Shown in pieces: positions 53,636-62,252 of a stretch of 64,000 nucleotides of DNA. The position numbers and the translations under genes are program-made. Source of the DNA: Anaerolineaceae bacterium (GTDB lineage Bacteria > Chloroflexota > Anaerolineae > Anaerolineales > Anaerolineaceae); NCBI GenBank assembly GCA_034430175.1, contig DAOUFI010000023.1, positions 16,592 through 80,591 on the forward strand. The letters run 5' to 3'. The notes beneath the pieces are model-generated. The model was given only the letters and a program-made list of their open reading frames with translations, did no database searches and was not told the origin of the DNA. Position 1 is the first letter of the stretch; every line of letters starts with the position of its first letter.

Positions 53636-54613
53636 ATGGCTACGATCACGGATTACTCAGATGAGCCACGATATAACATCAAGTCAGTCTCAGATAAGAC
53701 CGAAATCAATTCTGTGACTATTCGAGCCTGGGAAAGGCGTTACAACCTAGTCATCCCTAAACGGGCTGTTAATGGTTACCGGCTTTACAGTGAACGGGAC
53801 ATTGCTCTGTTGTTGTGGACTCGAGCCCGAATCGAAGCGGGTCTATCCATCAGTTCCGCCGTGGCTGAATGGGAACAGATGAAGTCGGCGGGTACTATGC
53901 CAGAAGTGGTTATTTCCACCAGCGGGCCGATCCCTTCCAGACAGTCTGGGAAGGTCAGCGCGGAAGTAGCCGTGCAACGCCTGCTGAACGACTTGCTGCG
54001 CCATGACGAGAAATCAGCCCAGGTAGTTTTTGAAGACGCCCTGGGAAGTTTCAACCTGACCGCGCTTTTTGAAAGCGTGCTGGCTCCGGTGCTGGTGGAA
54101 GTGGGCGAGCGTTGGGCCAGGGGAGAGATCAAGGTTGCCACTGAGCACTTTGCCAGTAACTTTATTCTTTCACGACTCCTCGCTATCTTCCAATCATTGC
54201 CGCTTCACGCTTCAGCGCCGCAGGTGATGATCGGTTGCGCCCCCGACGAATTGCATGTTATCGGACCTTTAATGTTGGCCATCCTGCTGCGCGAAGCCGG
54301 TTACCGCGTGGAATATCTTGGTCCAGATATTCCACTGAACGACCTGGCTGATTTCATCTGCGAAGATACTCCAAAGATGCTCATCCTCTCGGCGACGTTG
54401 AAAGAATCGGCCATCGCTCTGGAACGCTTTGCCACCCTGCTGGAAAAATGCCCTCAGCCCCCGGTGTTTGGGTTTGGAGGTTCGGCGTTCATTGTCCACC
54501 GCGAGTTGACTGATCGGGTCGATGGTGTATTTCTCGGTCCATCTTTAAGTCAAACCCTTGAGGCTGTCCTTAAATTGGTCCCTCTTAAACAGGCAAAGAA
54601 AAAATCGACTTAA
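53636..54613 (+). CDS. MerR-family, adenosylcobalamin-binding transcriptional regulator (CarH/LitR-like photoreceptor)
   Basis: N-terminal MerR wHTH (YNIKSVSDKTEINSVTIRAWERRY). A four-helix-bundle W-x9-EH motif (ERWARGEIKVATEHF). A B12-binding ExHxxG motif (DELHVIGP) with downstream LSATL and GGSAF. Confidence 0.8.
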   Translation: MATITDYSDEPRYNIKSVSDKTEINSVTIRAWERRYNLVIPKRAVNGYRLYSERDIALLLWTRARIEAGLSISSAVAEWEQMKSAGTMPEVVISTSGPIPSRQSGKVSAEVAVQRLLNDLLRHDEKSAQVVFEDALGSFNLTALFESVLAPVLVEVGERWARGEIKVATEHFASNFILSRLLAIFQSLPLHASAPQVMIGCAPDELHVIGPLMLAILLREAGYRVEYLGPDIPLNDLADFICEDTPKMLILSATLKESAIALERFATLLEKCPQPPVFGFGGSAFIVHRELTDRVDGVFLGPSLSQTLEAVLKLVPLKQAKKKST

Positions 54614-55596
54614 TCAATCTGCTGCCCGGCTACTTTTTGCAATTTTTCGCGCATGGAGCGGTATTCGATGATCGGTTTGTCGGCGGGGATGAGTTTCTCG
54701 CCAATACGTAATCCCGATTTCTTTGGCCGTTGCGTCAACACCACTCGTTTATCCTGGTTGAGGATGACGATGCTGGATAGATTGATCAACCCGGCCACCA
54801 GTTGTCTCAGTAAGGGGAATTTGACGAAACGCTGATAATAACGCAGATACATGATTGTGTTCTCATCATCCACCGGCGTGAAAAAGACAGTGATGCGCAT
54901 GTCTTCCGAAATTCGATTCATCCACAGGTGGGGGAATTTAAAAATGAGGAACGGCGGACGGGTGGGTTTGCCAAGTTCACTTGGTCGCCTGGCTGTAGTT
55001 TTTCCGTCATCCACTCGATTGTAAACCCAAATTTCAAGAGATTTTTCATCGATGATTGTCAACGGGCCATCTGCGACCGTGCGGTTGCCGCGGCCAATGG
55101 TGGTGGCATGGACGAACGGGAGGTGAAAGACGTCAAGCTGATTTTCGATGGCTCGGGAGTATTGCACAGCCCAGTGATCCACGAAATCACTGGTGGTGAA
55201 CGTCTCATCCAGATCATCAAACCAGGGCAGGGCAGGATACTCCTCTCGTGGTTCTCCCCACCAAATGTAAATATATCCATGCGCTTCTCTGGAGGGGTAG
55301 GTGACCACTTTGAGGACTTTGGGGAGTTCGGCGGTCCGACCATTGGCTGGAACGTACGCGCAGCGGCCATCGCGGTCATATTCGAAGCCGTGGAAAGGGC
55401 ACTGGATGGTATCTCCCTTCAGGCAACCGATGGAGAGAGCCACGCCGCGGTGGGGACATAGATCCGCCTGGCAGACCGGATTGCCCTGGTTATCGCGCCA
55501 GAGCACCATACGCTCACCCATGCGCAGCACCCCGATTACCTTACCTTTTTTCAATTCTTTGGATTGCAGGATGACGTACCACTGGTCTCTGATCAT
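54610..55596 (-). CDS. Rieske [2Fe-2S] non-haem iron oxygenase (PaO/Tic55/KshA-like alpha subunit)
   Basis: Rieske motifs CPHRG...CPFHGF and the mononuclear iron motif ENQLDVFHLPFVH (NxxDxxHxxxxH), 328 aa. Its stop overlaps the carH-like stop within TTAA. Confidence 0.85.
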   Translation of the reverse strand: MIRDQWYVILQSKELKKGKVIGVLRMGERMVLWRDNQGNPVCQADLCPHRGVALSIGCLKGDTIQCPFHGFEYDRDGRCAYVPANGRTAELPKVLKVVTYPSREAHGYIYIWWGEPREEYPALPWFDDLDETFTTSDFVDHWAVQYSRAIENQLDVFHLPFVHATTIGRGNRTVADGPLTIIDEKSLEIWVYNRVDDGKTTARRPSELGKPTRPPFLIFKFPHLWMNRISEDMRITVFFTPVDDENTIMYLRYYQRFVKFPLLRQLVAGLINLSSIVILNQDKRVVLTQRPKKSGLRIGEKLIPADKPIIEYRSMREKLQKVAGQQID

Positions 55597-56070
55597 CAGT
55601 TTTTTTCCATTAAGGCCGAAAGCCGTCGACTGACGGCTCTCGGTGGTTTGGCGCTGCGGCTTCCCTACATTATCACGAGGAGGGATGCCGCAGCGCTGTG
55701 TTTAAAATTACTACACATCGTAGACACCACCTCCTCATCGTTAGGATAGCTAGTCCATGATGATGGCAATCATCATCTTATTAAGTAAAACACAGCGGAG
55801 TATGAATGTCAATACTCCGTACAAGGTTTGGTAAAAAAGGCTCCTCCTCCAAAGGAGTTCTTCAGTAGATTATTCTTATCGTGAGCAGAGGAAATCATTC
55901 ATTTGGAAAATTCTCACCTGGTCATAACAAATCATAGAAAATTAAATATTCCATTTTTATTCAATCTCAACTCATCTCCCCTCTTCATCCCGCGGATGGA
56001 GAGGGGATAGACTAGGGTAAAAAACAACAAACAATGAGGAATTACCCGCTTTTGAATTTATAATCAAGTC

Positions 56071-56883
56071 ATGCGCTGGTCGGAGCTGAAACCTAAAATA
56101 TCAAAACCGGTGCTGGCACCGATACTGGTCACGTTGGCCGCGATGGCTGTGATCATCGTCTGGTTGTCCTTGACGCCAAAGGGTCTCGACGGCAAATTGC
56201 TGGCTCTGGCCGATTCGGTCTGTCGCGGTAACCCGGACCACCGGTTGCAGATTGGTGGGAAGCTCTTACCCTTATGCGCCCGCTGCACGGGCATGTTTCT
56301 GGGTTGCGCCCTGGGTGTGATTGGGTTTGGCAGGATTACCAAAAATAGCGGATATCCTTCTCCCATTTTCAGGGTGGTGATCGGGTTGCTGGTACTCTTT
56401 TTCGCGGTGGATGGTGTTAATTCAGGCATCGACACACTTTTCGATCACGCGCTGTACACACCAACAAATGAGCTGAGGCTGATCACCGGTCTGAGCATGG
56501 GTCTCGCGCTTGCGGCGATCATTGTCCCGCTCTGGCGGCAAATTATGCTTGGCGATATACCTGCCGGTCCCGGGTTGCGCAGATGGAATGAGTTCTTACC
56601 AATTTTTCTGGCAGAGGCAGCTATGGTACCTCTCATTCTGTATGCCCCGGAATGGATGTATTTACCAGTGGCAGTGATTTCCACGCTCACCATACCGATT
56701 TTGGTTACAATCGTGTACACTTTACTTTGGATACTGATCTTGAAAAAAGAGGCCGTGATTAGAAACCGTAGCCAAAAGATTACGTATATAGCTTTAGGAT
56801 GCCTGACCGCTTTTATCCAGATCGGATTATTTGATCTGTTGCGTGTTGTTCTGCTTGGCACATGGGCAGGGATCCAGTTTTAA
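56071..56883 (+). CDS. DUF2085 family membrane protein
   Basis: The Cys motif SVCRGNPDHRL...LPLCARCTGMFLG is typical of DUF2085, 270 aa, polytopic. Confidence 0.65.
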   Translation: MRWSELKPKISKPVLAPILVTLAAMAVIIVWLSLTPKGLDGKLLALADSVCRGNPDHRLQIGGKLLPLCARCTGMFLGCALGVIGFGRITKNSGYPSPIFRVVIGLLVLFFAVDGVNSGIDTLFDHALYTPTNELRLITGLSMGLALAAIIVPLWRQIMLGDIPAGPGLRRWNEFLPIFLAEAAMVPLILYAPEWMYLPVAVISTLTIPILVTIVYTLLWILILKKEAVIRNRSQKITYIALGCLTAFIQIGLFDLLRVVLLGTWAGIQF

Positions 56884-56899
56884 ACCAGTTTTGGAGAGG

Positions 56900-57475
56900 A
56901 TGATGGAGATTATCAACATTTTTTCGGCTTTTGGTTTGTCTGCCAGCGCGGGGTTGAACGCTTACATCCCATTACTCGTCGTCGGGTTGCTGGCGAAGTA
57001 CACCAAACTGATCACGCTCAAAACCCCCTGGGATACGCTCACTTCCTGGTGGGTGCTTGGCGTTTTGATCTTCTTGTGCGTGATCGAGATCGTAGCCGAC
57101 AAAGTACCTGCGGTCAATCACGTGAACGACGTGATCCAGAGTTTTATTCGTCCCACCGCGGGAGCTATAGTGTTCGCTGCCAGCGCTTCCAACCTGGCTC
57201 ACGTCAACCCGGTGGTTGGTTTGATCGCGGGTCTTTTCGTGGCTGGTGGAGTACATGCGGTTAAATCACTGGCAGTACGGCCAGCCGTTACCGCTGTCAC
57301 CGGCGGGGTAGGTAACGTTCCGGTTAGCATCGCCGAAGACGCCACCTCTACTGTGGTTTCAGTACTCTCCGTGGCTTTACCGATTATCGCGGCATGCATC
57401 ATCGTGATTATCATCACCATTCTGATCGCGCGATTGTTATTTAAAGAGAAGAACACGGACGAAAAATCCGGATAA
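56900..57475 (+). CDS. DUF4126 family membrane protein
   Basis: FGLSASAGLNAYIPLLVVGLL...EIVADKVPAVNHVNDV matches the DUF4126 pattern. ATG 56900 follows a GGAGAGG RBS. Confidence 0.65.
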   Translation: MMEIINIFSAFGLSASAGLNAYIPLLVVGLLAKYTKLITLKTPWDTLTSWWVLGVLIFLCVIEIVADKVPAVNHVNDVIQSFIRPTAGAIVFAASASNLAHVNPVVGLIAGLFVAGGVHAVKSLAVRPAVTAVTGGVGNVPVSIAEDATSTVVSVLSVALPIIAACIIVIIITILIARLLFKEKNTDEKSG

Positions 57476-57493
57476 GAGATATTAGACAGATGC

Positions 57494-57528
57494 ACTCCCC
57501 TCACATTGCGAGGGGAGTTTCTTTATTT
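57494..57528 (+). terminator. intrinsic terminator
   Basis: actcccctc-acattgc-gaggggagt followed by TTCTTTATTT. Confidence 0.75.
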
Positions 57529-57573
57529 CAGGGAAGAAATTCATGATCTACGCCTACTTTGAGGAATCGGAAA

Positions 57574-58617
57574 TTAAACCAAGATACGTGGATTTGTCGC
57601 TTCAAGATCTACTTTGATTTTCTCATTCGGATGAGTTTTGAACTTCAAGTTGATCACTAATATTTCCCCTTTATCGTTCTTCCCAACCGTGCGGTAATGA
57701 TCCCCCTTAAAGACGGATTCGATAACGGTCAGCAAGGTGCCTTTTTTCTTTGCATCTGATATCTCCGCATCCATTGATAGCAGAACCACTTTTACCACAT
57801 CACCAATGTTCAACCGTTTGTTATCCTTATTAGCTACTTCAAGCTCTCCAAACCCGGTGGATACGGTCAAAGGATTTAGCAGGATGATTTTTCCCTCGAA
57901 TATATTCTCCATGCCCAGAAAACGGGCCACCCATTCACTGCGCGGATGGCGGTAAACCTCCTCCGGTGAGCCAATCTGCACGATCTGACCCTCGTTGAGC
58001 AGGGCAATGCGGTCGCCAAGTGCCAGCGCTTCGTCCTGGTCGTGGGTCACATAGATGGACGGGATTCCCGCGTGGTGCAGCACCTGACGCAATTCCTCCT
58101 GCAATTGGGCGCGCAGGGCGCGGTCCAGCGCAGCCAGGGGTTCATCCAGCATCAGCAGGCGCGGTTCCGGAGCCAACGCGCGCGCCAACGCCACCCGCTG
58201 TTGCTCGCCACCGGATAGATCGGTGACGCTGCGTCTGGCGAAACCGGCCAGGTTTACCTGTTCCAACGCGGCGGACACTTTCTGTTCGATGGTTTGTTTA
58301 TTTTGCCCCTGTGTTTTCAAGCCAAAAGCGACGTTGTCGTGCACATCCAAATGAGGGAAGAGAGCGTAATCCTGGAACATCAACCCGAAGCGGCGTAAAT
58401 GGGTGGGCACAGCGGCCATGTCCTCATGATTCCATAGCACTTGCCCGCCTTCGCAATCTTCAATACCTGCGATGATGCGCAGAAGTGTGCTCTTGCCGCT
58501 GCCGGAGCGTCCCAGCAGGCACAGCACCTCGCCGGTATTTACCTCGAAGGAGATGCCTTTCAACAGCGGACTACCCTCGTATTCTTTCTGGATGTTCACG
58601 ACTTCAAGTTTGTTCAT
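57574..58617 (-). CDS. ABC transporter ATP-binding protein (thiamine/Fe3+/polyamine importer type with C-terminal TOBE-like domain)
   Basis: Walker [25 protein letters not shown] and LMLDEP. ATG 58617 (MNKLEVVNIQ) forms an ATGA overlap with the permease stop. The track ORF's 90-aa N-terminal extension is spurious. Confidence 0.88.
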   Translation of the reverse strand: MNKLEVVNIQKEYEGSPLLKGISFEVNTGEVLCLLGRSGSGKSTLLRIIAGIEDCEGGQVLWNHEDMAAVPTHLRRFGLMFQDYALFPHLDVHDNVAFGLKTQGQNKQTIEQKVSAALEQVNLAGFARRSVTDLSGGEQQRVALARALAPEPRLLMLDEPLAALDRALRAQLQEELRQVLHHAGIPSIYVTHDQDEALALGDRIALLNEGQIVQIGSPEEVYRHPRSEWVARFLGMENIFEGKIILLNPLTVSTGFGELEVANKDNKRLNIGDVVKVVLLSMDAEISDAKKKGTLLTVIESVFKGDHYRTVGKNDKGEILVINLKFKTHPNEKIKVDLEATNPRILV

Positions 58618-60314
58618 ATCTCGTTCATTCCTTCGGGTTGTAGCTTTTCGAGTAAATAGATCGAGAGCCCGCACAATACGAGCAGGAGGGTGGACATGGC
58701 CAACGCCTGCCCGTAATTCAGCTCGCCAGGCATGGAGATGTAGCGGTAGATGGCCACCGGCAACGTCGGTGTCTCTGGGCGCGCCAAAAAAGAGGTCGCT
58801 CCGAACTCTCCCAGCGAAATGGTGAAAGCGAAGATCGCTGCTACGAGCATCGGTCGGCGAAGCAGCGGCCGATCGACCTTGCGCCATACGTTAACCGGAG
58901 AAGCACCCAGCACACTGGCGGCCTGACGCAGCGAAGTGGGAATGGAATTGAGCGCTGGTTGCAGGCTGCGCACCACGAAGGGGGTGGCCACCAGCGCGTG
59001 CGCGATGGGAATGAGCAGCGGGAAGTGGCGCACGTTCAACGGTGCGCGGTTGAAGGTGATGACGAAGCCCAACCCAAGCGTCACCGCCGAGGCGCCTAGA
59101 GGCAGTGTAATCAAGGCATCCAACCAGCGCCAGGCGCGCTGGTTGTGATAAATGGCGTAGATGGTGAGCGTACCCAGCACCAGCGAGAAGGCAACGGTAA
59201 GCAGCGCGAAGAGCAGCGAGTTGAGAGCAGCGCTGACGGGGGGTACGTAGAAGATCGACTGGTTCGAGTTGACAAAGAGCTGCGTGTAATACTGCAGTGT
59301 GAATCCGGGGGTGAAAGATCCACGGTTACCCTGATCGGCAGCCAGGCGCAGAAAAGAACGCAGCACCAGCGCCAGCATCGGAGCTACCAGCAGCAGGGCA
59401 AGCAGGCTGTTCATCCCACAGAGAGCCACTTTCTCTTTCAGGCTGCGTGCCTGGCGCAGTATTTCTCCTTCCAACCTCGGTATGAGCGGCACGCGCCGAC
59501 TGCCATTTATCTTTGAATAGATCCAGGTGATCACGAAGGTGCATAAGAGCTGCACCACTGCCAGGATCCCTGCCAGGGGTAAATTAAACAGGGACATGGT
59601 TTGTTGATAGATGGCCACTTCGAGCGTGGAGAAGTAGGGTCCGCCCACCATGAGGATGACGCCGAAGCTGGTGAAATCGAAGAGGAAGACCAGCAGTGTG
59701 GCTGCCAATATCGATGGGCGTAGCAGCGGCAGGGTGACTTCACGCAGCGCCTGTCTTTTCGAAGCTCCAAGCACGCGCGCGGTTTGTTCCCAGCGCGGAT
59801 CGAGTTGGCTCCAGGCGCTGCCCACCACGCGCAGCACGATGGTGGTGTTGTAAAACACATGCACCAGCAGGATACCCCATAGCGTGTTCATAAACATGAT
59901 CGGCGGCTGGTCGAGCCCAAACAGTTTCATCAATCCAAGATTCAATAAACCGCGCGGGCCTAACAATGCAGTGAAGCCGGCCACCGCCACCACCGTGGGC
60001 AAAATGAAGGGTAACGTGGTGAGGGTACGCATCAAGCGTTTGCCCCTGAACCTGTAATGCGAATAGAGGTAAGCGGCAGGCAGCCCGAGCAGCAGGGTCA
60101 GCACGGTCGATAGCGCAGCCTGCCAGGTGGTGAACCACAGTGGCGACAGGGCTTGCTTGAACGAAGACAACCCCAGCCCATTTTCCAGCGCGGACCGCGC
60201 CGCGGTGGCGAGGATCTTAACCAGTGGCGTGAAGAAGAACGCAGCCAGAAAGGCCAGTGGTACCAGCCACAGCAGCATCTTTCCAAACCAGCTGCGTTTG
60301 CCGGTTTTGCTCAA
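58614..60314 (-). CDS. ABC transporter permease, fused double BPD domain (ThiP/FbpB-like)
   Basis: 566 aa, about 12 TM, with two EAA-type loops. It is coupled to the flanking SBP and ATPase genes by 4-nt overlaps. Confidence 0.85.
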   Translation of the reverse strand: MSKTGKRSWFGKMLLWLVPLAFLAAFFFTPLVKILATAARSALENGLGLSSFKQALSPLWFTTWQAALSTVLTLLLGLPAAYLYSHYRFRGKRLMRTLTTLPFILPTVVAVAGFTALLGPRGLLNLGLMKLFGLDQPPIMFMNTLWGILLVHVFYNTTIVLRVVGSAWSQLDPRWEQTARVLGASKRQALREVTLPLLRPSILAATLLVFLFDFTSFGVILMVGGPYFSTLEVAIYQQTMSLFNLPLAGILAVVQLLCTFVITWIYSKINGSRRVPLIPRLEGEILRQARSLKEKVALCGMNSLLALLLVAPMLALVLRSFLRLAADQGNRGSFTPGFTLQYYTQLFVNSNQSIFYVPPVSAALNSLLFALLTVAFSLVLGTLTIYAIYHNQRAWRWLDALITLPLGASAVTLGLGFVITFNRAPLNVRHFPLLIPIAHALVATPFVVRSLQPALNSIPTSLRQAASVLGASPVNVWRKVDRPLLRRPMLVAAIFAFTISLGEFGATSFLARPETPTLPVAIYRYISMPGELNYGQALAMSTLLLVLCGLSIYLLEKLQPEGMNEI

Positions 60315-61366
60315 TGCAGAATCGCCTCCGTCCAGTCGTTAAGCCATTGATCACGATTGGCGGCAATGACTGCCGGGTCAAGAGTTGCCGGGTGATCCGG
60401 AGTCTGCGTGTACTTAATGAGGACATCAGGCAGGCTGGCGTCGGGGTTAACTGGATACATGAACATCTGTAACGGCATGTCCTCCTGGAATTGCACACTG
60501 AGCATGAAATCGACAAACTTCTCGGCTAGCTCGCGGTGCTGCGTGCCCTTGAGGATGCCGACGAACTCGATCTGTCTAAAGCACATGTTCTTCCCCACCA
60601 GCGACGCGGTCGGGGCATCGTCCAGAGGGGTGGCGGCGTAGATCACTTCTACCGGGGGACTACTGGCGTATGAGAGTGCCATCGGCTGCGGGCCGTGACC
60701 GCTCGAAGCGCTGAAATTGGTGTAGTAAGCGGTGTTCCAGTCATTGACGATCACCAATCCGTTCTCTTTGAGCTGCTGCCAGTAAGCGATATATCCTTCA
60801 GCGCCATACTCGGCGATGGTGGCGAATAGAAAGGCTAACCCGGTGGAGCTGTTGGTCGGGTTCTCGACCACCAGTAGCCCCTTATATTTGGGTTCGGTCA
60901 GGTCGGCCAGTGTTTGAGGAATCGCTAAGTTGTGCGCTGCAAAGTAGGCTTTGTCGTAATTGATGCAGACGTCGCCGTAGTCCACTGGCAGGGCGCTGTT
61001 GCTGGCATCCAGTTTGAACTCTGTTGGGATCTTTGCCAGCAGGGGAGACTCGTACGACTCGTAGATGCCCTCGTCCAGAGCACGCGAGAGCAGGGTGTTA
61101 TCCACGCCGTAGAGCACGTCGGCCTGCGGGCTGCCCTTGCTGAGGATGGCGCGGTTGAGGGCAGCACCGGCATCGCCACTCTTGAGGAAGACTAGCTTGA
61201 CGTTGTTGGCCTGCTCGAAGGCGGCGATCACGTCCGCGCTGGCGGCGAACGAATCGTGGGTCATCACGGTCAAAGTGACTGGCTCATCAGTGGGTGTTAA
61301 TTTCGCCTGACAGGAAGCCAGTGCAAAACTGACAACTATGATAATGAGGATAAGTTTGTTTTTCAT
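60311..61366 (-). CDS. thiamine ABC transporter substrate-binding lipoprotein (ThiB/TbpA-like)
   Basis: Signal peptide and lipobox (LILIIIVVSFALASC) on a family-1 SBP fold. The thiamine assignment rests on the TPP riboswitch and the TPK gene in the same operon. ATG 61366 has a GGAGGAGAG RBS. Confidence 0.7.
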   Translation of the reverse strand: MKNKLILIIIVVSFALASCQAKLTPTDEPVTLTVMTHDSFAASADVIAAFEQANNVKLVFLKSGDAGAALNRAILSKGSPQADVLYGVDNTLLSRALDEGIYESYESPLLAKIPTEFKLDASNSALPVDYGDVCINYDKAYFAAHNLAIPQTLADLTEPKYKGLLVVENPTNSSTGLAFLFATIAEYGAEGYIAYWQQLKENGLVIVNDWNTAYYTNFSASSGHGPQPMALSYASSPPVEVIYAATPLDDAPTASLVGKNMCFRQIEFVGILKGTQHRELAEKFVDFMLSVQFQEDMPLQMFMYPVNPDASLPDVLIKYTQTPDHPATLDPAVIAANRDQWLNDWTEAILH

Positions 61367-62025
61367 CTCTCCTCCATGGGAGTGGCATGAGTATGGATGC
61401 ATAAAAGTTTCCCCGCCGCGATTTTGACCGTGGCGTTCTCAGCGGTCACCACGTTGCTGATGCCGCGGCTGCGTTCCGGATAGAGTGTTTCGGACTTGAG
61501 CGGGTATTCCAGATTGGTGGTGACCACGCCACTGGCCTTGCCCCACAGCGGCAGCAGCGACACCACGTCGCCCGGCTGGCCGTGAATCTTGGCTGAATCA
61601 CGGATAATGAAAACCTCTTCGATGCCATCCTCGCAGCGGACGTCGCAATCCACCAGATCGGGCAGGAGCAACAGACTCAGGTTGCCCAACGTCTGGTCCA
61701 AGCGGCCACCCAACGCTGCCACAACCACGATTTCACGATAACCCAATTCGCGTGCTGCCAGCAGCGCCAGCTCGAGATCGGTTTCGTCTTTGGCGGGCGG
61801 GTAACGCCGGATCTCTGCGCCTGCGGCTTGCGCGCGTTGCACTTGGGCAGGGGTAACCGAGTCCAGGTCACCAACGAGAAGCGCGGGGGCGAGGCCGAGT
61901 GCTTCCAGGTGGTTCAGCCCGCCGTCCACGGCGATGAGGAGATCATCCGCGCGCAGGTAGAATTTTAGCCATCTGCTGGCTTTTAGTTCGCCGTTGGCAA
62001 AGAGCATGGCTCGTTTTGCAGACAT
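61363..62025 (-). CDS. thiamine pyrophosphokinase
   Basis: MLFANGEL...LIAVDGGLNHL...LVGDLDS is the TPK catalytic-domain signature, followed by a C-terminal B1-binding domain. Start is ATG 62025 (MSAKRAML). Confidence 0.8.
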   Translation of the reverse strand: MSAKRAMLFANGELKASRWLKFYLRADDLLIAVDGGLNHLEALGLAPALLVGDLDSVTPAQVQRAQAAGAEIRRYPPAKDETDLELALLAARELGYREIVVVAALGGRLDQTLGNLSLLLLPDLVDCDVRCEDGIEEVFIIRDSAKIHGQPGDVVSLLPLWGKASGVVTTNLEYPLKSETLYPERSRGISNVVTAENATVKIAAGKLLCIHTHATPMEER

Positions 62026-62029
62026 AAAA

Positions 62030-62155
62030 AATACCCTCCGCCAGGGGAGGGTTGTGTGTTGATTCGTGAATTCCTCCGCCGGCATTATCCGGATCAGGTC
62101 ATGCGGGTCGAGGACTGTGCGTCCTCCTCTCAGCCCGGCGTTCGGGCTCCCCGTT
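62030..62155 (-). promoter_or_regulatory. TPP (THI-box) riboswitch with SD-sequestering/terminator hairpin
   Basis: On the minus strand, GGGGAGCCCGAACGCCGGGCUGAGAGGAGGACGCACAGUCCUCGACCCGCAUGACCUGAUCCGGAUAAUGCCGGCGGAGGAA carries the CUGAGA and ACCUGAUC(C/U)GGAUAAUGCCGGCG hallmarks. It is followed by CCCUCC-CCUGGC-GGAGGG-UAUUUUUUAUG. Confidence 0.9.
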
Positions 62156-62171
62156 CTGTTTGATTAAGCGC

Positions 62172-62200
62172 AGTATAGACGATTGACAGTTGAATGTCAA
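62172..62200 (-). promoter_or_regulatory. sigma70-type promoter of the thiamine operon
   Basis: On the minus strand, TTGACA (62200-62195), a 17-nt spacer, then TATACT (62177-62172), about 15-20 nt upstream of the riboswitch. Confidence 0.65.
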
Positions 62201-62213
62201 GCCAGTGATACGA

Positions 62214-62247
62214 GGATAAAAAGGTGTGTCCTTTTCGGACACACCTT
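62214..62247 (-). terminator. intrinsic terminator after the alcohol dehydrogenase gene
   Basis: On the minus strand, aaggtgtgtcc-gaaaa-ggacacacctt (11 bp) is followed by TTTTATCC. Confidence 0.8.
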
Positions 62248-62252
62248 TCGAT

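Noticed and set aside
55597-56070. A cobalamin riboswitch upstream of the Rieske gene, considered because of the adjacent B12-dependent regulator.
   Set aside because: I could find no B12-box-like element (consensus around AGYCMGGAGACC / GCCACUG) or the typical multi-stem junction on either strand. I left it as an unclassified structured region.
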